64,000 nt of DNA from contig CAWJRJ010000021.1 of the NCBI GenBank assembly GCA_963845245.1, forward strand, positions 1 through 64,000. The letters are read 5' to 3'. Below the pieces are notes generated by a model that saw only the letters and a program-made list of their open reading frames with translations, was not told the DNA's origin and did no database searches. Positions 32,467 to 42,808 of the stretch are shown here, piece by piece; within the stretch, counting starts at the first letter, position 1; each line of letters opens with the position of its first letter. Source of the DNA: Nitrospirota bacterium (GTDB taxonomy: Bacteria; Nitrospirota; JACRHJ01). The translations under genes were made by a program, and so were the position numbers.

Positions 32467-33357
32467 ATGAGCGTTCTTGAATTTAAAGGCGACAGCATAT
32501 TAAACAGCCATCCCTGCTTCTCCAGGGCCGCGCACCACAAGTACGGCAGGGTCCATATGCCGATAGCGCCCAGGTGCAACATACAGTGCCGTTACTGCGT
32601 GCGGGATTACGACTGCGCAAACGAGTCACGGCCGGGAGTTACGAGCCGTGTGCTGTCACCCTCCGAGGCAATGGACAGGGTCCGGGCCGTTACCGGCCGT
32701 GACGAGAGGATAACGGTGGTGGGAGTGGCTGGCCCGGGCGATCCTCTGGCCAACCCTGAGACGTTCGAGTTTTTGCGCGCGGTGAACAGGGAGTACCCGC
32801 ACCTGACGCTCTGCCTGTCCACCAATGGTCTTCTGCTGCCGGACAAACTACCGGAGCTTTTGGATGCCGGTCTCGATACGCTGACTGTGACTATAAACGC
32901 GACATCACCAGAAACGGCCGCGTCTGTGTACAGGTGGGTAAGGTATGAAGGCAGGACGTATGAAGGGCTGGAGGCGGGAGAACTGCTCTTGGGCAAACAA
33001 TGGGGCGGCCTTAAGGCGGCGGTTGAGGCTGGACTGGCCGTCAAGGTGAATACTATAACCATCCCCGGAATAAACGAGCACGAGATACCTAAGGTCGCAA
33101 AAAAGGCGGGTTCGCTCGGCGCGACCATAATGAACATCACGGCCCTCATACCTCAGGCAGAGTTTGCGGGCATCGCCAAGCCATCAAAGGATGACATCGC
33201 GAAGATGAGGCTGGTATGCGGAGAGCATATTCCCCTGCTCACTCACTGCCGCCAGTGCAGGGCGGACGCCACGGGCCTGCTGGGAGAGGACAAGGACATG
33301 GAGATGGAGGCGTTCCTGGCGGTCATCGGCGAAGAGTACACCGAAGCCGTTTGCTGA
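32467..33357 (+). CDS. nifB: FeMo-cofactor biosynthesis radical SAM protein NifB (no fused NifX domain)
   Basis: HPCF, CNIQCRYC, CANESRPG, AGPGDPLAN, CLSTNG, HCRQCRADA. Confidence 0.93.
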   Translation: MSVLEFKGDSILNSHPCFSRAAHHKYGRVHMPIAPRCNIQCRYCVRDYDCANESRPGVTSRVLSPSEAMDRVRAVTGRDERITVVGVAGPGDPLANPETFEFLRAVNREYPHLTLCLSTNGLLLPDKLPELLDAGLDTLTVTINATSPETAASVYRWVRYEGRTYEGLEAGELLLGKQWGGLKAAVEAGLAVKVNTITIPGINEHEIPKVAKKAGSLGATIMNITALIPQAEFAGIAKPSKDDIAKMRLVCGEHIPLLTHCRQCRADATGLLGEDKDMEMEAFLAVIGEEYTEAVC

Positions 33358-33384
33358 AGGTGCGACAGCCGTCGTCGCTACATT

Positions 33385-33594
33385 TGTAGGGTGTTTCGCA
33401 TTGACCTGGCTTCTGGTTCAGACCGGTACCTCTTTTTACCATTACAGGAATTAACTCTGAACAACGGGTCAGGAGGATTGCTGTGGCGCTGTTTCTTTAT
33501 GAAGCGCACCTATCAAAATAACTTCCGGCAGGCAATACCTGCCTTTTCAAATCCAGCTCTCAATTCCTCACCCGTTTGATCGAAGAACCCATCG
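33385..33594. repeat. Diverged direct repeat, right copy (pairs with 20121-20330); includes a truncated copy of the small Zn-binding gene
   Basis: Minus strand reads MRFIKKQRHSNPPDPLFRVNSCNGKKRYRSEPEARSMRNTLQM*, homologous to the first ~42 aa of 20039-20245. Confidence 0.92.
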
Positions 33595-34256
33595 TCCATA
33601 GCCCACTGCATCCCGTATTTTTTATACGCCCAGTCCGCGTAATGATAGTTCAGCCGGTCAATGAGCACATTGTCAACCTTGTCCTTCAGCATATCAACCA
33701 GTCCTTCTGCTCCTGGAAGCAGGGGAGCTATCATGACGAAGGTTTTTATCCCTGCTGCATGCAGGATGCCTAGAGCCTCGACTCTCTTGGCAATCGGCGG
33801 TGTGTTCGGTTCAAATATCTTTCTCACTTTTTCATCCGCAGTGGTTATGGTGAACCCGACCTCGGAATCCTTGGCCTTCTTCAAAAGCTCGATATCTCTC
33901 AGGACCAACGGGGATTTGGTAAGGACCGTGAACGGCCAGTCGTTTTTTACAAGGATTTCAAGGCATCTCCCGGTGAGCCGGTATTTCCTCTCCAAAGGCT
34001 GGTATGCATCACAAACCCCGCTTATCCAGACCCTGCCTCGTTTCTTTTTCTTTATCTCACGTTCCAGCAGTTCAGGGGCGTTTACTTTTATGTCAACGAA
34101 TTCACCCCATGGTTCGCGGTGTCCTGTGAACCGTTTCATGAATTTGGCGTAGCAATATACGCAACTATGCTGACATCCGACGTAGGCATTCAGCGCGTAG
34201 TCGTAGATCTGGGATTTCGACAGGATGCTCTTTGCTGTAATCTCTTTAATAATCAT
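33513..34256 (-). CDS. SplB-like (spore photoproduct lyase family) radical SAM protein
   Basis: YVGCQHSCVYCYA, DAYQPLE, LTKSPLVLRD, FEP. Confidence 0.85.
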   Translation of the reverse strand: MIIKEITAKSILSKSQIYDYALNAYVGCQHSCVYCYAKFMKRFTGHREPWGEFVDIKVNAPELLEREIKKKKRGRVWISGVCDAYQPLERKYRLTGRCLEILVKNDWPFTVLTKSPLVLRDIELLKKAKDSEVGFTITTADEKVRKIFEPNTPPIAKRVEALGILHAAGIKTFVMIAPLLPGAEGLVDMLKDKVDNVLIDRLNYHYADWAYKKYGMQWAMDDGFFDQTGEELRAGFEKAGIACRKLF

Positions 34257-34260
34257 AGGC

Positions 34261-34286
34261 AAAAAAAGAAGCGGCGTCAGCCGCTT
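34261..34286 (-). terminator. Intrinsic terminator downstream of ssrA
   Basis: Minus strand AAGCGGC-TGAC-GCCGCTT followed by CTTTTTTT. Confidence 0.65.
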
Positions 34287-34348
34287 TGGGGATGTTTCGG
34301 GGAAACTTTGTCGCTCCCCGATACTAACTCATTAAAATATATAAAATT

Positions 34349-34707
34349 TGGTGGAGGCGGCGGGAATCGAACCCGCGTCCGAAAACCCTAAGCGATGAGC
34401 GTCTACATACTTAGCCGGCGATTTTTTAACCTCTAAAGGTGCCCGCCGACAGGCTCCTTTTAAGAGGCGGTCCTGACCGTGGTCTCACCCCACCATCGCA
34501 GGAAGGAAAGTGGGGAAAAGTCCATGCTTATTACACCCTTACCCAGGCTCCATGGACGAGAACCCGGAAGGGCGTTAACCGCGATTAAGCGGCTAAGGCG
34601 TACTCGTTAGTGTTGTTCGCGAGTATTTGTTTTCCATCTTTTAACGAGCTGATGGGACTCGGTATGCAGCCCAAGCCTCGATGCTCCCGTCGAAGCCTGT
34701 CGCCCCC
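34349..34707 (-). ncRNA. ssrA: tmRNA (transfer-messenger RNA), tag peptide (A)ANNTNEYALAA
   Basis: 5' GGGGGCGA...TTCGAC, 3' GGTTCGATTCCCGCCGCCTCCACCA; tag ORF 34620-34585 ending YALAA*. Confidence 0.96.
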
Positions 34708-34715
34708 ATGCATAA

Positions 34716-34744
34716 ATTATAATAAAAAATAGGGTTTTTTGCAA
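34716..34744 (-). promoter_or_regulatory. sigma70 promoter of ssrA
   Basis: TTGCAA-17 bp-TATAAT on the minus strand. Confidence 0.7.
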
Positions 34745-34770
34745 CCACTATATTTTTGCGGCAAAGCCGA

Positions 34771-34799
34771 TTGACAAAACGGATACCTTCGGCTATATT
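34771..34799 (+). promoter_or_regulatory. Divergent sigma70 promoter toward sat
   Basis: TTGACA-17 bp-TATATT. Confidence 0.65.
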
Positions 34800-35193
34800 T
34801 ATTTTCTGTCCCGTCCGGACCTCTTTTCCGGGTAAAAAGTCTTCATCGGGTCGGACCTCCCAGTAACAAGAAATATATTTTGGTTTTCAAGCAGTTTCGT
34901 TTTGGTAGTTTTTGGCGGTTGCGGTTGTGTTTACCACCATATATATACATTGCGGCATCTAAACCACAAGTTGTAGTTTGAGCCTTTCCTGCTACTCCAA
35001 TATATATATTTGGTCTTTATCCCGCCATTAATATTATTAATTGGAAAGAACAGTTGAAAGGATGTAGAATCGCTCCCCGTAATAGAGGACCGCGTACTGT
35101 TTCCACTGTTAGACCAGGGGTGCGGGGACGGCCCTGACACTTTAAGATAGCGTAAACGTGGATGTTTTTTTCAGACAAAAGGAGGATTTAAAG

Positions 35194-36408
35194 ATGGCGC
35201 TCGTAAACCCGCACGGAAAAGCAAAGAAACTTATGCCCCTTCTTCTCGAGGGCAAGGCCCTGACAGAAGCAAAGGCGGCCGCCAAGTCCATGGACCAGGT
35301 CAAGATGACCTCCCGTGAGACCTCCGACCTCATCATGATGGGCATAGGCGCCTTCACCCCGCTCACCGGCTTCATGACCAAGGCCGACTGGCAGGGTGTC
35401 TGCGACAAGTTCGTCATGGCCGACGGCACCTTCTTCCCGATCCCCATCACCCTGTCCACCAACAAGGGCCAGGCCGACGCCCTCAAGATAGGCCAGGAAG
35501 TCGCGCTTGTGGACGAGGAAACCGGCGAGCTGATGGGCTCGATGACCATCAAGGAGAAGTATTCCATAGACAAGGCCCACGAGTGCATGTCAGTTTACAC
35601 CACCACCGACATGGAGCACCCCGGCGTCCAGAAGGTCATGGAGCAGGGCGACATAAACCTTGCCGGCCCCGTGAAGGTCTTCTCCGAAGGCCACTACCCG
35701 GAGACGTACAAGGGCCTGTACATGAGGCCTGCCGAGACCCGCAAGCTGTTCGAGGAAAAGGGCTGGAAGACAGTCGCCGCGTTCCAGACCAGGAACCCGA
35801 TGCACCGTTCGCACGAGTACCTTGCCAAGATAGCCATCGAGATACTGGACGGCTGCTGCATACACATGCTGCTCGGCAAGCTGAAGCCCGGTGACATCCC
35901 GGCGGAAGTCAGGACCAAGGCCATAGACGCCCTCGTCGACAACTATTTCGTCAAGGACACCTGCGTCGTCTCCGGTTACCCGATGGAGATGCGTTATGCC
36001 GGACCGCGCGAGGCGCTCCTCCACGCGCTGTTCCGCCAGAACTACGGCATGAGCCACCTGCTCGTAGGCCGCGACCACGCCGGCGTCGGCGACTACTACG
36101 GCCCGTTCGATGCCCACCAGATATTCGACAAGATCCCGGAAGGCGCACTCGAGACCGCGCCGATGAAGATAGACCTCTCCTTCTACTGCACCAAGTGCGA
36201 CGGCATGGCTTCAAGCAAGACCTGCTGCCACGGCAAGGAGGACAGGATGATCGTTTCCGGCACGAAGCTCCGCAAGATGCTCTCCGAGGGCGACGACGTT
36301 CCCGATCACTTCAGCCGTCCGGAAGTCCTCACGATCCTCAGGGCATACTACGAGGGCCTGACCGAGAAGGTCGAGATCAAGATGCACAAGCATGCCGAGG
36401 GCAAATAA
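35194..36408 (+). CDS. sat: Sulfate adenylyltransferase (ATP sulfurylase)
   Basis: [46 protein letters not shown]. Confidence 0.97.
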   Translation: MALVNPHGKAKKLMPLLLEGKALTEAKAAAKSMDQVKMTSRETSDLIMMGIGAFTPLTGFMTKADWQGVCDKFVMADGTFFPIPITLSTNKGQADALKIGQEVALVDEETGELMGSMTIKEKYSIDKAHECMSVYTTTDMEHPGVQKVMEQGDINLAGPVKVFSEGHYPETYKGLYMRPAETRKLFEEKGWKTVAAFQTRNPMHRSHEYLAKIAIEILDGCCIHMLLGKLKPGDIPAEVRTKAIDALVDNYFVKDTCVVSGYPMEMRYAGPREALLHALFRQNYGMSHLLVGRDHAGVGDYYGPFDAHQIFDKIPEGALETAPMKIDLSFYCTKCDGMASSKTCCHGKEDRMIVSGTKLRKMLSEGDDVPDHFSRPEVLTILRAYYEGLTEKVEIKMHKHAEGK

Positions 36409-36548
36409 GCTACAAGGCTGACATAAAGTCTTTCGTTAAGTAAATTATACGGGAGGAGGTGCAATCAGGTTTTTTACGGGTTGAACCAAAAAAGGGCCGC
36501 ATAGGCGGCGAAACCAGAAACAGGCGAATCTGTAGGAGGTGTTTAATT

Positions 36549-36974
36549 ATGCCAAGTTGTGTAGATGTTACCAAATGTGACGGTTGCAAGGGCAAAGACA
36601 AGACTGCTTGCCAGTACATCTGCCCGAACGACCTGATGAAGTTGGATATGGGTATGATGAAGGCATGGAACCAGGAGCCGGAAGGTTGCTGGGAGTGCTA
36701 CAGCTGCGTGAAGATATGCCCGCAGGGCGCCATCGAAGTCAGGGCCTATGCTGACATAGTGCCTTTGGGCGGCAGCGTTGTCCCCCTGAGGGGCTCCGAC
36801 TCCATCATGTGGACTGTCAAGTTCCGTAACGGCAAGCTCAAGAGGTTCAAGTTCCCGATCAGGACGACCCCGGAAGGCTCGATCGTTCCGTATGCCGCTG
36901 GCGACGAGCCGGGCGACATCAAGGACGAGCTCCTCTTCACCGAGAAGGGCAAGACGCTTCCGAAGCTTGCATAG
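36549..36974 (+). CDS. aprB: Adenylylsulfate reductase beta subunit
   Basis: KCDGCKG.DKTACQYICP.DLM, CWECYSCVKICPQ, KRFKFPIRTTPEG. Confidence 0.97.
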   Translation: MPSCVDVTKCDGCKGKDKTACQYICPNDLMKLDMGMMKAWNQEPEGCWECYSCVKICPQGAIEVRAYADIVPLGGSVVPLRGSDSIMWTVKFRNGKLKRFKFPIRTTPEGSIVPYAAGDEPGDIKDELLFTEKGKTLPKLA

Positions 36975-37028
36975 CCGAAACGGACATTGACGAAGAACAA
37001 TCCATATAATGTTTAAGGAGGAATTAAT

Positions 37029-38977
37029 ATGTCGTTAGAGAGAGAGAGCTGCACTTCCTCATATTGTGAGGCGCCGCAGATAATAGAGATGGATACGGAT
37101 ATACTCCTCATCGGCGGCGGTATGGCCTGCTGCGGTGCTGCCTTCGAGGTTATGCCCTACGCGAAGAAGTACAACCTGAAAGTAACCCTTGTCGACAAGG
37201 CAGCCATGGACCGTTCCGGCGCCGTTGCCCAGGGCCTTTCCGCCATCAACACCTACCTCGGTGGCCAGGACCCCGCTGACTACGTCAAGATGGTCGCCAA
37301 CGACCTTATGGGCATAGTCCGCGACGACCTCATCTATGACGTGGGTCGCCACGTCGATGATTCCGTCCACCTGTTCGAGAAGTGGGGCCTCCCGGTATGG
37401 AAGGCTGACGATGCAGGACATTCGCACACCGGCGCGGAAGAGGGCTACAAGTCCCTCGTCGACGGCGGCAAGCCGGTCCGCTCAGGCAAGTGGCAGATCA
37501 TGATCAACGGCGAGTCCTACAAGGTCATCGTAGCCGAGGCCGCGAAGAAGGCCCTTGGCGATGAGAACATCTATGAGAGGGTCTTCATAGTGAAGCTCCT
37601 CCTCGATGAGAAGGAAGACAACAGGATTGCTGCCGCGGTCGGTTTCTCCACCCGCGAGAACAAGATATACATCATCCGCGCAAACGCGATGCTGCTGGCC
37701 GCCGGCGGCGCCGTCAACATCTTCAGGCCGAGGTCGGTTGCTGAAGGTATGGGCCGCGCATGGTACCCGGTATGGAACGCAGGCTCCACCTACACCATGG
37801 CTGCACAGGTCGGCGCAGAGCTGACCATGATGGAAAACCGCTTCGTCCCCGCCCGCTTCAAGGACGGTTACGGACCGGTCGGCGCGTGGTTCCTGTTCTT
37901 CAAGGCGAAGGCCACCAACGCCCTGGGCGAGAACTACATGGTAAAGAACGCCGAGATGCTGAAGAGCTATCCCCCGTACGGCCTCGCCGCAGTCCCCGCC
38001 ACCTGCCTCAGGAACCACCTGATGCTGAAGGAGATGAAGGACGGTAACGGCCCGATAATGATGGACACCGTTACGGCGCTTGCCGACCTCGCGAAGACCA
38101 TGGACGAGAAGGCGATCAAGCACCTCGAAGCCGAGGCGTGGGAAGACTTCCTCGACATGTGCGTCGGCCAGGCAGGCCTTTGGGCCGGCATGAACATCGA
38201 GCCCGAGAAGCTCACCTCCGAGCTTATGCCGACTGAGCCGTACATGCTCGGTTCGCACTCAGGCTGCTGCGGCATCTGGGTCTCCGGTCCCGAGGACATG
38301 GGTCCCGCCGAGTGGCATTGGGGTTACAACAGGATGACCACCGTCAAGGGCCTCTTCACTGCCGGCGACGGCGTCGGCGCTTCCGGCCACAAGTTCTCCT
38401 CAGGCTCACACGCCGAGGGCCGTATAGCCGCCAAGTCCATGGTCAGGTTCTGCCTCGACAACAAGGACTTCAAGAGCACGGTTTCCAAGACAGGCGCTGA
38501 GCTTGCGGCCGAGATACAGAAGCCATTCAAGACCTTCGAGCAGTTCAAGAACGTGACCACCGACGACTACGTAAACCCGAACTACATCAGGCCGAAGATG
38601 CTCATGTACCGCCTGAACAAGATCATGGACGAGTACGTAGCCGGTACCTCCACGTACTACACCACCTCAGGCCCGCTTATGAACAGGGCGCTTGAGCTTC
38701 TTACATGCTGAAGGAAGACGCCGAGAAGATGGCCGCCAAGGACCTTCACGAGCTGATGAGATGCTGGGAGAACTACCACAGGATATTCACCGCTGAGGCC
38801 CACCTCAGGCACATCCTGTTCCGCGAAGAGACCCGCTACCCGGGCTTCTTCTACAGGGCGGACTTCCCGCAGCTGGACGAGGCGAACTGGAAGTGCTTCG
38901 TCAACTCCAAGATCAACCCGAAGACCGGCGAGTGGACCTGCTTCAAGGTTGCACACAAGGACCTCGTACCGAAATAA
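37029..38977 (+). CDS. aprA: Adenylylsulfate reductase alpha subunit (frameshift near 38700)
   Basis: RSGAVAQGLSAINTY, GKWQIMINGE, RFKDGYGPVGAWF, GHKFSSGSHAEGR, FREETRYPGF. Confidence 0.97.
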
Positions 38978-38987
38978 GGTTTTACCT

Positions 38988-39030
38988 TCTGTCCGCGCGC
39001 CCTTTCTGGGCGCGCGGACAGTTTCTTTTT
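38988..39030 (+). terminator. Intrinsic terminator after aprA
   Basis: CTGTCCGCGCGCCC-TTTCT-GGGCGCGCGGACAG followed by TTTCTTTT. Confidence 0.85.
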
Positions 39031-39103
39031 CAGGTTGTTTTCAGCAAAAGCCCACCCGCCCTATCTCATTGAAGAATCTAATGTCCCTATAAAAAAGTAC
39101 AAA

Positions 39104-39132
39104 TTGACACGGCAGTGCTTTAGATTTATCAT
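39104..39132 (+). promoter_or_regulatory. sigma70 promoter of qmoABC
   Basis: TTGACA-17 bp-TATCAT. Confidence 0.55.
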
Positions 39133-39260
39133 GGGCGAGAAAATCCCGGCAAGTGCCTCTCGTCCTATGCGGCAAAAACCATATAGAAATGGTGGTTGCC
39201 GGATTGGATGAGCGCCACCGGGCGCCCGTCGAAGTAAACCCATAAAAACGGAGAAGCGGT

Positions 39261-40513
39261 ATGGCGGAGAACAAGAGCGTTTTAGTCGTCGGAGGCGGTA
39301 TAAGCGGTATTTCCGTGGCCGTCGAGGCGGCCGAGGTCGGCTACCAGGTACACCTCGTTGAGAGAAACCCTTACCTTGGCGGAAGGGTGGCCCAGCTTAA
39401 CAAGTACTTCCCCAAGCTGTGCCCACCTTACTGCGGGCTGGAGATAAACTTCAGGCGTATCCGCCCCAACCCCGACATAGACGTCATGACGATGTCCGAG
39501 GTGGTGAAGGTGGAGGGCAACCCAGGCAATTTCACGGTGACGGTGAAGACCTCGCCTCGCTACGTGAACAGCAACTGCACAGGCTGCAACAAGTGCGCGG
39601 AGGCCTGCCCGTCCGAGAGGTCGAACGAATTCAACTACGGCATGGACAAGACCAAGGCGGCCTACCTGCCGCATGTCATGTCCTTCCCGATGCGCTACGT
39701 CATTGACAAAACGGCGTGTGCGAGCGGTTGCCAGGCCTGCAAGGACGCCTGCAAGTACGACGCGGTGGAGCTTGACATGCAGCCTGAGACCAAGACCCTG
39801 AAGGTCGGCTCCATAGTATACGCGACGGGCTGGAAGCCGTACGACATGGGCAAGCTCAGCCTCCTTGGAGAGGGCAAGATCCAAGAACGTGATATCTAAC
39901 GTCATGATGGAGCGCCTGGCCTCGCCCGGCGGACCGACCGCCGGCAAGATACTCCGCCCGTCGGACGGCAAGGAAGTAAAGAACATAGGCTTCGTTCAGT
40001 GCGCGGGCTCGCGCGACGAGAACCACCTCTCGCAGTGCTCGACCATCTGCTGCATGGCTTCCATAAAGCAGGCCTTCTACGTTAGGGACCAGTACCCCGA
40101 CTCAAAGGCAGAGATATTCTACATAGACCTCCGCACGCCCGGGCGTTACGAGAAGTTCCTTAACCGCGCCGAGGCGGACGAGAACATAACCTTCACAAAG
40201 GGCAAGGTTGCACAGGTTTCTGAGGACCCGGCAACCGGCGACGTTACCGTTGACCCTGGAAGATGTCTTCGGCGGCGGCAAGAAACATGTGACCGTGGAC
40301 ATGCTGGTGCTTGCAACAGGCATGGAGCCTGAGCTTCGGGGCACGGCCGGGTCGGCCGCGGCGCTCTCGGAAGAGGGCTTTGCCGTTGCAGACCTGCAGA
40401 AGCCGGGCATATTTGCCGCCGGTGTCGCAAAGGCCCCGGTTGACGTTATGACCTCAATCCAAGACGCGTCTGGTACCGCCCTCAAGGCCATCCAGGCGAT
40501 AGTGAGGAGTTAG
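39261..40513 (+). CDS. qmoA: QmoA (HdrA-like flavoprotein), two frameshifts
   Basis: VVGGGISG, KYFPKLCPPYCG, VQCAGSRDENHL, IFYIDLRTPG; lies directly after aprBA. Confidence 0.92.
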
Positions 40514-40516
40514 TCT

Positions 40517-42796
40517 ATGGAAAAGAAAATCGGAGTATATATATGCGGAGGCTGCGGCATTGCGGATGCCGTGGACATCGAGAAGCTGGCGAAGATAGCT
40601 TCCGGCGAGATGAAGGCGCCCGTCTGCAAGACCCACCCGTTCATGTGCGGGGCCGAAGGCGCGGCGATGATAAAGAGCGACATTGCCAATGACGGCGTCA
40701 ACACCGTGGTGGTTGCCGCCTGTTCGCAGCGCGTCATGTATGACGTGTTCAACTACGGCATGGGAGTGGTCCTTGAGAGGGTGAACATCAGGGAGCACGT
40801 GGCCTGGGGCCAGCCCGGTTCCGAGATGGTAGCGTCAGAGACAGAGGGCGAGGAGCCGAAGAAGGTATATAACAAGGCCACCCAGATGATGGCCGACGAC
40901 TACGTCAGGATGGGCATAGCCAAGGCCCAGAAGATGGACCCGGCCGAGCCGCTGGTTCAGGACCTCACCAAGACCGTAATGGTGGTCGGCGGAGGCGTCA
41001 CCGGCATGAAGGCCGCACTTGAGGCTTCAAGCCTCGGCTACAGGGCCATCCTGGTCGAGAAGACCGGCGAGCTTGGCGGCTGGAACGCGAAGGCCCACAA
41101 GCAGCTCCCGACGAAGGCCCCTTTCACCGACCTCGAAACCCCGATAGCGGGCACACTCGCGGACCAGGTGAAAGCCGACAGCAACATAAAGGTTTATATG
41201 AACGCGGAGGTCACAAAGACCTACGGCGCGCCCGGCAAGTACGATGTTACGATTACCGCCGGAGGCAGCGAGTCCGAGGAGAAGGTCGGCACCATAGTCA
41301 TGGCTGTGGGCTACACTCCTTATGACCCGACCAACCTCGCAGAGAAGTACGGCTACGGCAACATCGCAAACGTCGTGACGAACACGCAGGTCGAGGACAT
41401 GGCGAAGGCCGGCAGGATAAAGAGGCCTTCGGACGGCAAGGACGCCAAGAACGTGCTGTTCATACAGTGCGCGGGCTCCCGTGACGCGAACCACCTCCCG
41501 TACTGCTCGTCCGTATGCTGCCTCGGCTCGCTTCAGCAGGCAAGCTACGTAAGGAGCCAGTCAGACGACGCCAAGGCGTACATCATTTACAAGGACATGC
41601 GCACCCCCGGCCTCTACGAGAACTACTACAAGAAGGCCCAGAACGACCCCGGCATCTTCCTCACCAAGGGCGAAGTAACCGCCATCACCGAGGCAGGCAA
41701 CGGGGACGTATTTGTGGAGATTGCGAACACGCTTATAGGCGAGAACATAAAGATAAAGGCGGACATGGTCGTGCTCGCGACCGGCATAGTCCCGAACACC
41801 AAGCCGCTTGAGGTAGCATCCAAGGACCTTCCGATCAGGACGCTCGCCATGGACTACGCCGACCAGGCTGCGGGCATCAAGCCGCCGACGCCCGCGCCGA
41901 TCCTGAACCTCCAGTACAGGCAGGGCCCGGAAATCCCGACTCTCGAGTACGGTTTCCCGGACTCGCACTACATATGCTTCCCCTACGAGACCCAGAGGAC
42001 CGGCATATACGCCGCCGGCGCGGTCAGGGCCCCGATGCCTGTCGGCATGGCGCTTAACGACGCATCCGGCGCGGCCCTCAAGGCCATCCAGTGCATCGAG
42101 CTATCCTCGAAGGGCGCGGCCGTCCACCCGAGGGCGAACGACCTCACGTACCCCGAGTTCAGGCTTGAGTCCTGCACGCAGTGCAAGCGCTGCACTGAGG
42201 AGTGTCCGTTCTCCACCCTGGACGAGGACGAGAAGGGGACGCCGAAGCCGAACCCGACACGCTGCCGCCGCTGCGGCGTCTGCATGGGCGCATGCCCGCA
42301 GAGGATCGTATCCTTCAAGAACTACTCGGTCGACATAATCGGCTCGATGATCAAGGCCGTGGACGTCCCGACGGACGACGACGACCAGATGCGCATCATC
42401 TGCCTGATGTGCGAGAACGACGCATACCCCGCGCTCGACATGATGGGCATAAACAGGCTGAAGTACCACAACAACATCAGCATAGTGCCCGTCAGGTGCC
42501 TGGGCTCGGTCAACGTCGTATGGATCGCGGACGCGCTCTCAAGGGGCGTGGACGGCATCGTGATGGCCGGCTGCAAGTTCGGCGAGGACTACCAGTGCCA
42601 CTTCATAAAGGGTTCGGAGCAGTGCAACAAGAGGATGGACAACGTCCAGGAGACCCTGAAGAAGCTCTCCTTGGAGATGGAGCGCGTCGAGCAGATACAG
42701 GTGACCGCTGCCGATTACGCGAATCTTCCGGCGATGCTGGACGGATTTGTCGAACGCCTCAAGGCCATTGGCCCCAACCCCTTCAAGGGATTTTAG
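40517..42796 (+). CDS. qmoB: QmoB (HdrA-like with ferredoxin and MvhD domains)
   Basis: IQCAGSRD, CFPYETQRTGIYAAG, CTQCKRCTEECPF, CENDAYPALD, GCKFGEDYQCHF. Confidence 0.95.
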   Translation: MEKKIGVYICGGCGIADAVDIEKLAKIASGEMKAPVCKTHPFMCGAEGAAMIKSDIANDGVNTVVVAACSQRVMYDVFNYGMGVVLERVNIREHVAWGQPGSEMVASETEGEEPKKVYNKATQMMADDYVRMGIAKAQKMDPAEPLVQDLTKTVMVVGGGVTGMKAALEASSLGYRAILVEKTGELGGWNAKAHKQLPTKAPFTDLETPIAGTLADQVKADSNIKVYMNAEVTKTYGAPGKYDVTITAGGSESEEKVGTIVMAVGYTPYDPTNLAEKYGYGNIANVVTNTQVEDMAKAGRIKRPSDGKDAKNVLFIQCAGSRDANHLPYCSSVCCLGSLQQASYVRSQSDDAKAYIIYKDMRTPGLYENYYKKAQNDPGIFLTKGEVTAITEAGNGDVFVEIANTLIGENIKIKADMVVLATGIVPNTKPLEVASKDLPIRTLAMDYADQAAGIKPPTPAPILNLQYRQGPEIPTLEYGFPDSHYICFPYETQRTGIYAAGAVRAPMPVGMALNDASGAALKAIQCIELSSKGAAVHPRANDLTYPEFRLESCTQCKRCTEECPFSTLDEDEKGTPKPNPTRCRRCGVCMGACPQRIVSFKNYSVDIIGSMIKAVDVPTDDDDQMRIICLMCENDAYPALDMMGINRLKYHNNISIVPVRCLGSVNVVWIADALSRGVDGIVMAGCKFGEDYQCHFIKGSEQCNKRMDNVQETLKKLSLEMERVEQIQVTAADYANLPAMLDGFVERLKAIGPNPFKGF

Positions 42797-42808
42797 GAGG
42801 TTAATAAT

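Noticed and set aside
34349..34385. tRNA-like T-arm and acceptor end as a tRNA gene
   Set aside because: It is the 3' tRNA-like domain of tmRNA; the matching 5' end and tag ORF are present.
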